Under the pieces are notes generated by a model. That model was not told where the DNA came from. It made no database searches and worked only from the letters and a program-made list of their open reading frames with translations. A stretch of 64,000 bases of DNA, from NCBI GenBank assembly GCA_030765535.1, contig JAVCCH010000130.1, positions 12,391 through 76,390 on the forward strand. Direction: 5' to 3'. The stretch is from Candidatus Tenebribacter davisii (lineage in GTDB: Bacteria; Cloacimonadota; Cloacimonadia; Cloacimonadales; TCS61). Within the stretch, counting starts at the first letter, position 1, and each line of letters starts with the position of its first letter. Below, in pieces: positions 57,713-64,000 of this stretch. The translations under genes and the position numbers were made by a program.

Positions 57713-59053
57713 TTAATTTAAATTCAACTCTTTCAATTTACGTGATAAATTACTGATTTGCAGATCCAGTGCTTTGGCAGTATTAGAAATATTATTATTG
57801 TGCATTTTTAACTGAATTGATAAATATTTTGTTTCAAATTCTTTCCTTTTATCTTTTAAGGATATCGTTTCATTCCAAAAGTTGGAATCTGCCCGTTTAA
57901 CAATACCAAGATTTTTAATATCTCCCAGCTCAATTACTATTTTAGGATTTAGAATGTAGAGTCTTTCAATGAAATTCTTCAATTCTCTAATATTACCTTT
58001 GAATTCCCATGAACATAACTCAGTAATTGACTGCGGAAGAAATTCCTTTTGCTGTAATTTCAACTCATTTGAAAATTGTTTAGAAAAGTATTCAATTAAT
58101 ATTGGAATATCTTCCGGATGCTGTCGTAGGGGAGGTGTGATTATTGGAATTACATTTAAGCGGTAATAAAGGTCTTCTCTAAACTCTCCTTTTTGTACGA
58201 GATCTTCCAGATTCTTATGAGTTGCTGCAATAAGTCTTACATCGACTTTCTGGGTTTTATTACCACCAACTCTCTCGAATTCACCTTCCTGTATCACCCT
58301 TAGTATCTTAGATTGCGCCTGAAGGCTCATATCTCCGATCTCATCAAGGAAAAGAGTCCCACTATGTGCTTGTTCAATCTTCCCATTTTTACTTTGTGTG
58401 GCTCCTGTAAAAGCCCCTTTCTCATAACCAAATAACTCACTTTCTACAAGCTCGGTTGGAATTGCAGCTGAATTGAATTTTGCAAAGGGGTTATTTTTTC
58501 TATTACTTCTATGATGTATAGCATAAGCAACCAGTTCTTTACCGGTACCGCTCTCTCCTCGTATAAGTACTTTTGAATCACTGGCAGCTATTCTATCCAC
58601 TAAAGATAACAATTCCTTTATTGGTTCACTATTGCCGATTATTCTATATTGTTCATTTTCGTTTTCTTTTAATCTATTGTAGTCTTTTGAGATAGTTTTA
58701 AATTCAAAAGCTTTTTTAATTACTATTTTTACTTTTGATAAACTAAGCGGTTTTTCAAGAAAATCATAAGCTCCATACTTGATAGATTGAACTGCTTCTT
58801 TTATCCCACTGTGACCTGATATCATAATGACAATTACATCTTCCCGGATCTTTTTTATATCTTTAAGAAGATCAATACCATTTGTTCCATCAAGTCTTAC
58901 ATCCAGAAGAATTACATCAGGAGTGTTATCCTCAAATTTTTGCATTCCCAATCTGCTGTCAATTGCAAAGTCACATTTATAACCTTCATCTTCCAAGATA
59001 TTTTTTAATGTTAAGCAAATATTCATTTCATCATCAATGATAAGGACTTTCAT
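57713..59053 (-). CDS. Sigma-54-dependent response regulator (REC + AAA+ enhancer-binding domain + HTH; NtrC/NtrX-like)
   Basis: Contains DVILLDVRLDG (phospho-Asp context), GESGTGKE, an intact GAFTGA loop and a C-terminal Fis-type HTH. Confidence 0.9.
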   Translation of the reverse strand: MKVLIIDDEMNICLTLKNILEDEGYKCDFAIDSRLGMQKFEDNTPDVILLDVRLDGTNGIDLLKDIKKIREDVIVIMISGHSGIKEAVQSIKYGAYDFLEKPLSLSKVKIVIKKAFEFKTISKDYNRLKENENEQYRIIGNSEPIKELLSLVDRIAASDSKVLIRGESGTGKELVAYAIHHRSNRKNNPFAKFNSAAIPTELVESELFGYEKGAFTGATQSKNGKIEQAHSGTLFLDEIGDMSLQAQSKILRVIQEGEFERVGGNKTQKVDVRLIAATHKNLEDLVQKGEFREDLYYRLNVIPIITPPLRQHPEDIPILIEYFSKQFSNELKLQQKEFLPQSITELCSWEFKGNIRELKNFIERLYILNPKIVIELGDIKNLGIVKRADSNFWNETISLKDKRKEFETKYLSIQLKMHNNNISNTAKALDLQISNLSRKLKELNLN

Positions 59054-60223
59054 TTATTTCTCCTGTTTCAATGTGAATCCGTGAGGGATCATAATAACAA
59101 AACAGCTACCTTCATTTTCTTCACTGGTCACACTAATTTTTGAATTATTTACATCAACTAATTTTTTTACTAAGGCAAGACCAAGACCGGTCCCTTTTTT
59201 CTTTTTTGTGAAATAAGGTTCAAAGATCCTATCAATATCTTTCTTGCTGATACCTTTGCCGGAATCTGCAATTCTTACTGAAACATTCATATTGTCCTGT
59301 TCAATTTTTATTGTGATGGCACCAGTTGGATCAGAAGCATCAATAGCGTTCTGGATCAGGTTTGTAATGATCTGGTAGAAATGTGTTTTATCAAAGAAGA
59401 TATTGCAGTTTTCACCTGATATATCAATTTTAAATTTATGCTGGTAAGAATTAATTATTTCATTTAGAGTCTCGTTAAGGTCAAACTCTATGAATTCAGG
59501 ATTAATATTTTTAGCAAAATTAGAGAAAGAACTGACCAGCAGTTTTAGATTATTGATCTCCTGGTTGATTATCCTGACAGATTCAGGGAAAACTTCGTAA
59601 AATTTATTAAGATCAGTCTCATATTTTTCTTCTAATCTTTGAATTGAAAGCTGGATCGGAGTAAGTGGATTCTTTATTTCATGAGCCAATATGCGGGAGA
59701 GTTCCTTCCAGATGATATCTTTTTCAGCCTGGATCAATTTTCTCTGAGTATTACTCAGCTCGCGTGACATACTGTTAAATGACTGCTTCAATTCACGAAT
59801 TTCTTTTAAACCGGTTTCAGGCAGGGATACAGAAAAATCTCCCTCTCTGATATTTCCTGTAGCTTTTTGTAATTCATTTAAGGGTTTGGTAATTTTATAT
59901 AATAGTAAAATAAAAATTGCAATGGATAAAATCATTAATAATAATAAATAAACCATAGAATAGATTTGTGCTTCCTGCTTCATCATTTCTGCATCTGCAA
60001 GATTTTGGCGAAAGTTATTCAACAGTTCACGTGCTTTGTTGCTATCCTGTTTTGTCTTATATGCAAGTTCAGACATAGAAGTATCAAATTTCATTTCAGT
60101 GAATAGTTCATTAGATTGCTGATACTTTTTCACGAAGAAATTGTTAATTATAAATAAACTGGATAAATAAAGAAGCAGAAATACTAGAATTACGCTGGAT
60201 CTTATACCGGGATTAAGTTTCAT
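59054..60223 (-). CDS. Sensor histidine kinase (2 TM, HAMP, HisKA, HATPase; NtrY-like)
   Basis: Contains the H-box LAHEIKNPLTPI and GTGLGLALVKK. Abuts the response regulator gene. Confidence 0.85.
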   Translation of the reverse strand: MKLNPGIRSSVILVFLLLYLSSLFIINNFFVKKYQQSNELFTEMKFDTSMSELAYKTKQDSNKARELLNNFRQNLADAEMMKQEAQIYSMVYLLLLMILSIAIFILLLYKITKPLNELQKATGNIREGDFSVSLPETGLKEIRELKQSFNSMSRELSNTQRKLIQAEKDIIWKELSRILAHEIKNPLTPIQLSIQRLEEKYETDLNKFYEVFPESVRIINQEINNLKLLVSSFSNFAKNINPEFIEFDLNETLNEIINSYQHKFKIDISGENCNIFFDKTHFYQIITNLIQNAIDASDPTGAITIKIEQDNMNVSVRIADSGKGISKKDIDRIFEPYFTKKKKGTGLGLALVKKLVDVNNSKISVTSEENEGSCFVIMIPHGFTLKQEK

Positions 60224-60761
60224 TGTTATCTTCTGCCAACTCTATAGTAAATTTCGGTTCATTAAATTTCCATAGCATCATAAGATCAAAATCTCTATTC
60301 AATGTTTCTAATCTTATTTTAGGAAGATATGCATTCATTGTAAGTGTGCAGTCATGGATATTTTCGTTTTCATAACTATATTCAACATTCGAGATTATAT
60401 TTGTTAATTCAAGAAAAGAGCCGGTAGTAGAAGTTAGATCCTGATCTTCAAGCATAATATTAAATGATTGTGAAAGAGGATCAAAAATAATGGTATGTTT
60501 AAATTCTTCTTCATGGATCAACTGATCATTCAGTTCGATTTTTATTTTAAAGAAGACATCAATATTTTGGCCGGATTTAAAGATCTCTTCAAAATCGTTA
60601 TCAAAAGCATTTTCCAGTCTGCATTCCATGAATATTTTGTCATCAATAAAAGATCTTGAAAAATTTGAAAATGCAGCGTCATTACCTTGATAGGAAGAAA
60701 GAAGCAGCATCGAAAAAGCCGCTAGTCCAGTTATGATCTTTTCAGCAAAAATCTGGAACAA
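60213..60761 (-). CDS. Periplasmic DUF4390-like protein
   Basis: Signal or anchor segment, with IFMECRLENAFDNDFEEIFKSGQNIDVFFKIKIEL resembling the DUF4390 core. TTG start 5 nt after AGGGAGG. Overlaps the kinase gene by 11 nt. Confidence 0.5.
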   Translation of the reverse strand: MFQIFAEKIITGLAAFSMLLLSSYQGNDAAFSNFSRSFIDDKIFMECRLENAFDNDFEEIFKSGQNIDVFFKIKIELNDQLIHEEEFKHTIIFDPLSQSFNIMLEDQDLTSTTGSFLELTNIISNVEYSYENENIHDCTLTMNAYLPKIRLETLNRDFDLMMLWKFNEPKFTIELAEDNNET

Positions 60762-60773
60762 TTATTCCTCCCT

Positions 60774-60809
60774 AAAAAAAAGAGCCTCTAACATGATAGT
60801 TAGAGACTC
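60774..60809 (-). terminator. Strong intrinsic terminator or attenuator between the PDZ gene and the DUF4390-kinase-regulator genes
   Basis: The minus-strand RNA reads GAGUCUCUAAC-uaucau-GUUAGAGGCUC (11 bp, one G-U pair) followed by U8. The U-tract runs directly into the AGGGAGG ribosome-binding site of the next gene. Confidence 0.75.
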
Positions 60810-60827
60810 ATCAATATTTGTCAATAA

Positions 60828-62015
60828 TTAAAATCCGAACCAAGGTCCAATTGAGATCGTATATCCATCGAAAGATGTCTCCGGTGAATTCTCAATTTCA
60901 AAATCATCATCGCAGGAAATTGCATTCCATCCGTTAGTAAAGGAGTGAGAAATAATATAACCTCCTTCTGCTCTAATACTGAGCCAATCAAGGATTTTAT
61001 ACATTACAACTGCTTTTGGTTGGAACATAATGTAATTCTTTTCAATTTCAATAGCATTGTTAGAAGAGGAATCCATATCATCATTTAAAGTAAGCCAGTC
61101 ATAAGATCCATCAGTTTGGGATATTTGTAGATTGTGACCACCCCATCCCAGCATGAAACCTAGTGATGATACCATGTTTTTAGTGAAAGCGAAACGTTTA
61201 TCCAGTGTAACACCACCGAAGGAATTAGAATAATTCATTCTACGTGTAACATCATCGCCGCTTAAAGTTGTATAGCCTTTCTTCTTGTCTATTGAGTAGC
61301 TGGCTCCCATGCCACCGATGAACCATCCTCTTCCGACATTACCGTGACCACCGCCACCTTGCATAAGTATGCCCTTTTCACTTATTCCCTGGAATCCAAA
61401 TTCATTTAAGATATAGTTAATGTCCTCAAATTCATCAGCTGCTGTATACCATATCGGCATCCATCCACCGCCGCCAAATCCAACTGATAATTTTTTCTTC
61501 TTTTTTACTCCATCTTTAGTAGTAGCTTCCGTTCCTTTAGGATTAAGAGTTTCAAGTGTAAGATTAGTTATGAGTTCTTCTTCATCTCTGAAGATCTTTA
61601 CTTTTACTTCTTCACCTATATTTTTACTGGTGATAAGATTAACCAAGTGATTTTCAAATTTTGCCTTTTTACCATCAAATTCCATAATGATATCACCTTT
61701 TATTATTCCCGCCATTTGTGCTGGTCCGCCTGTTGTCACACCAGTTACAAAGACTCCGTAACAATAGGGATAATGTTTTTCATATGCATCTTCAAAATCC
61801 ATGTCAGATAAATAAACACCCATTTTAGGTTTTTCACCTGACAAGTTTTTAAAATCAATTGTGATCTCGCTAGTTCCGGGAATTTGTTCTAATGCCTCCT
61901 GAACTTCGATCATAGCCTCATCGATCTCCTGCTGAACATCCTCAGCTGATTCCTGTGCCATCAATGACATTGACATAATTGCCAGTCCTAATACTGTGAT
62001 TAAGATCTTTTTCAT
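60828..62015 (-). CDS. Secreted PDZ-domain protein with Gly-rich, beta-barrel-like C-terminal half ending in an OMP-type beta-signal
   Basis: GGAGG lies 5 nt before ATG 62015. Signal peptide (SLMAQ), PDZ core (GVFVTGVTTGGPAQMAGIIKGDIIMEFDG) and C-terminus ...YTISIGPWFGF. Confidence 0.6.
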   Translation of the reverse strand: MKKILITVLGLAIMSMSLMAQESAEDVQQEIDEAMIEVQEALEQIPGTSEITIDFKNLSGEKPKMGVYLSDMDFEDAYEKHYPYCYGVFVTGVTTGGPAQMAGIIKGDIIMEFDGKKAKFENHLVNLITSKNIGEEVKVKIFRDEEELITNLTLETLNPKGTEATTKDGVKKKKKLSVGFGGGGWMPIWYTAADEFEDINYILNEFGFQGISEKGILMQGGGGHGNVGRGWFIGGMGASYSIDKKKGYTTLSGDDVTRRMNYSNSFGGVTLDKRFAFTKNMVSSLGFMLGWGGHNLQISQTDGSYDWLTLNDDMDSSSNNAIEIEKNYIMFQPKAVVMYKILDWLSIRAEGGYIISHSFTNGWNAISCDDDFEIENSPETSFDGYTISIGPWFGF

Positions 62016-62090
62016 AATAACCTCCAATTTTTTTTATACTTTTTCTTTAGAATTCACATCTCACTTCTATAAATCTCATTTTGGATAAAC

Positions 62091-62105
62091 GCAAAACGTG
62101 TGCCA
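62091..62105 (-). promoter_or_regulatory. Sigma-54 (-24/-12) promoter TGGCAC-ACGTT-TTGC
   Basis: The minus strand reads TGGCACACGTTTTGC, a full match to TGGCAC-N5-TTGC (GG-N10-GC). It lies about 75 nt upstream of ATG 62015, and a GAFTGA activator is encoded in the same locus. Confidence 0.65.
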
Positions 62106-62192
62106 AATATGCAAATTGACATATAACTTTATATGATTTAGAAAGTTAGGACTTGTTGGAAAGATTATAGTTAAAATAAAATTTAATACTTT

Positions 62193-62275
62193 TGATAAGT
62201 GAGATCGACTTACTTTATCAAAATGATAAATAATGAACTATGATTCCTTTTAACTTATAATAATAATATTTATCA
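62193..62275. promoter_or_regulatory. Cluster of four TGATAA(A/G)/TTTATCA half-sites (candidate upstream activator sequence)
   Basis: The sites are TGATAAG 62193-99, TTTATCA 62214-20, TGATAAA 62224-30 (together forming the palindrome TTTATCA-AAA-TGATAAA) and TTTATCA 62269-75. They lie about 90-170 bp upstream of the -24 element. Confidence 0.4.
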
Positions 62276-62313
62276 GAAAATAATTTTCAAAAGTCAAGGG
62301 ATAGTATGATTTA

Positions 62314-62595
62314 TTAGAAATACCGACAAATATAGGTTGTATCTTCTGTTACTTTAACTTGAAATTTTTGGTTGGATTCAACTTTAAAAGAATCATATTT
62401 CTTAAACTCTTTCCAAACATCACTACCTGGTAATTTTACAATGAGTTTTCCACTTACTACTGTCATATCTTCATTTGATGAAGTACCAAATTCATATTCA
62501 CCTTCTGCCATTACTCCAATTGTTGCGTTACTAATTGAATCTTTAAAAGCTATAGATTTAACCTTTCCCTCAAAATATTCATTTGTTTTGAACAT
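62314..62595 (-). CDS. ppnP: Pyrimidine/purine nucleoside phosphorylase PpnP (DUF1255/YaiE)
   Basis: 93 aa; the N-terminus [17 protein letters not shown] and the cupin-like pattern are typical. Confidence 0.85.
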   Translation of the reverse strand: MFKTNEYFEGKVKSIAFKDSISNATIGVMAEGEYEFGTSSNEDMTVVSGKLIVKLPGSDVWKEFKKYDSFKVESNQKFQVKVTEDTTYICRYF

Positions 62596-62605
62596 TGAGA
62601 CTCCT

Positions 62606-63091
62606 TTATTCAGTTGAATTATTAGTTTTATAAATTTCTCTTTCTTCTAATCTAAGTCTTAGAATCTGGCTTCTTTCATAGGCGTCCCATCTTTTATCGG
62701 ATAGAGGAAAGACTTCAATTAGTAATTCATAATAGTAAACTGCTTTTTCAATATCGTTATTTTCGTATAATACGCTTTCGTAGGTATTTCCTAATTTGTA
62801 TAGTGCATCATCTCTTTGATCAGATTTATATTTTTCGTCATCATAGATTTCTTGATAAATTCTAATTGCCTGTGTATAATCTCCAAGTTTAATTAAATTA
62901 TCTGCATAAACTAATTTTGCATGTGCGTTTTTAAATTTAATTAAGCTATTATCTTCATCTTCATTAATGTTAAATTCTTCTAATCCAGCTGCAGATTCAG
63001 GGATCGTCTGTTCATCAAAATCTTTTACAAGCTTATTGGTTGTACAAGAAAACAATACAACACAGCAAATGAGCAATAAAATTTTTCCCAT
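62606..63091 (-). CDS. TPR-like lipoprotein
   Basis: Lipobox VVLFSC and TPR-like helices ([12 protein letters not shown]..., [10 protein letters not shown]...). Confidence 0.5.
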   Translation of the reverse strand: MGKILLLICCVVLFSCTTNKLVKDFDEQTIPESAAGLEEFNINEDEDNSLIKFKNAHAKLVYADNLIKLGDYTQAIRIYQEIYDDEKYKSDQRDDALYKLGNTYESVLYENNDIEKAVYYYELLIEVFPLSDKRWDAYERSQILRLRLEEREIYKTNNSTE

Positions 63092-63262
63092 TTAAAAAAC
63101 CTCTACAACAAAAAAAACAAAATATAAATTAATGTAAATAAAAAACATTATAATATAACAAAAATATGTTTTTGTACATTAAAATTACTACTTCAAAAAA
63201 TTCAGGTAATGATCGAAATCTAAACTATCCCAATTTAATTTCTGATTTTTAATTTAGTAAGT

Positions 63263-63466
63263 TTATCCGCCACTGATCAAGTGAATTACCTTTACATCAG
63301 CATCAGGCTGCACATAAGTTTTTGAATATTCCGTTTTCTTTATGAGCTTGCCATCAACTTTCACAACCAGCATTTTAAAAGTATAATTCTTTCTTTTCAG
63401 AATCAAATCGATATTCATATCTTCTTCCCAATTCAGGGAGTTTCCGTTCACAAATATTGTTTTCAT
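63263..63466 (-). CDS. thiS: Sulfur-carrier protein ThiS
   Basis: 67 aa, beta-grasp size, C-terminal ...VIHLISGG. Lies downstream of thiF. Confidence 0.8.
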   Translation of the reverse strand: MKTIFVNGNSLNWEEDMNIDLILKRKNYTFKMLVVKVDGKLIKKTEYSKTYVQPDADVKVIHLISGG

Positions 63467-63530
63467 TAATGTTATACCTTATATATTTATTTCTGTGCTC
63501 TGTGTGTTTCAGTGTCTCTGTGCTGAATGC

Positions 63531-64000
63531 TCACAGTGCACTCAGCAACAATTCTAAAACAAGATTTGCCTGCATGTTTGCTACAATTCCAACACGCGGA
63601 GCCATTGGGGAAATACCACTTTGCAGATTAGTTTCTTCATCACCGCAAATGTATAAATTATCACTTTTTCTAGTATGAAGAAGTTCGTTTTTGCCCCAGC
63701 CGGCCAATCCAGAAGCTGCAATGATCGGCTTTTCAGGGAAATTGGTCAGCCAAGTCTCTATCAGCATTTCTTTCATTTCTGCTTTATCAAAAGCTTCTAC
63801 CATGATATCAACATCTTTATAGATCAGCAGAATATTATCCAGATTCAATTTTATATCATGTATCTGATATGTGGTAAATGGGCTGATCTTTTTCAGATTC
63901 TCTAGTAGTGCAATAACCTTTGGCATCCCAATCTGATCCTGATAGAATTGTTGCCGGTTCAAATTAGACGGTTCAATCTTATCAAAATCTGCTACAACAA
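63531..64000 (-). CDS. thiF: ThiF/MoeB-type adenylyltransferase, C-terminal portion (5' end outside the window)
   Basis: The frame stays open to the window edge (...VVADFDKIEPSNLNRQQFYQDQIG...), so the Met at 63962 is internal. The SNLNRQ motif is typical of E1-like ThiF/MoeB. Confidence 0.75.
   Translation of the reverse strand, partial: VVADFDKIEPSNLNRQQFYQDQIGMPKVIALLENLKKISPFTTYQIHDIKLNLDNILLIYKDVDIMVEAFDKAEMKEMLIETWLTNFPEKPIIAASGLAGWGKNELLHTRKSDNLYICGDEETNLQSGISPMAPRVGIVANMQANLVLELLLSAL

Noticed and set aside
63141-63173. An inverted repeat, AAAAACAT-N17-ATGTTTTT, between thiS and the TPR lipoprotein gene.
   Set aside because: The stem is almost entirely A-U with a long loop, so it is thermodynamically weak and likely a product of AT-richness.
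1-64000. Looked on both strands for CRISPR repeat-spacer arrays, IS elements, transposase, integrase or recombinase ORFs, phage structural genes, restriction-modification genes, toxin-antitoxin pairs, reverse transcriptases and other known defence genes.
   Set aside because: I could see no regularly spaced direct repeats and no ORF with motifs of these families. The only long DNA repeats are the CTD-coding gene ends. This was checked by eye only, so short or degenerate elements could be missed.

Overview
This is a visibly AT-rich, densely coding bacterial chromosome segment of about 60 genes, using the standard genetic code and strong AGGAGG-type ribosome-binding sites. Most of it is housekeeping: rluD, htrA, tsaB, an lpxL-like acyltransferase, tkt, secA, topA, uvrA, dapD plus an aminotransferase, tig-clpP-clpX, one tRNA-Leu(UAG), sppA, ppnP and thiS/thiF. 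Both window edges cut genes: a TrkA-like gene at the 5' end and thiF at the 3' end. Three large secreted proteins, one of them a C25 gingipain-like protease, carry Por/T9SS-type C-terminal sorting domains. That suggests an FCB-superphylum lineage, possibly Cloacimonadota-like, but this is inference only. I found no CRISPR array, IS element, integrase, prophage or recognisable defence system.

The most interesting locus lies on the minus strand at 55.9-62.3 kb.
- It starts with a perfect sigma-54 -24/-12 promoter (TGGCAC-N5-TTGC), preceded by four TGATAAA half-sites.
- The promoter drives a secreted PDZ protein with an OMP-like C-terminus.
- A strong intrinsic terminator follows and abuts the ribosome-binding site of a DUF4390-like gene.
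- Downstream come an NtrY-like kinase, a GAFTGA-containing enhancer-binding response regulator and SppA.
- I read this as a candidate self-regulated envelope or secretion-stress module.

Secondary observations:
- A T9SS cargo island contains a protein with about 15-16 tandem repeats.
- The CTD-coding ends of two adjacent cargo genes are about 90% identical, which suggests gene conversion.
- An orphan CTD tail brackets a DUF3592-like gene.
- A TTGAC box sits at a nearly fixed 57-60 bp distance from several start codons.
- Related GC-enriched spacer elements occur in three minus-strand intergenic spacers.

All family assignments come from reading motifs by eye. No database search, HMM scan or folding was run.
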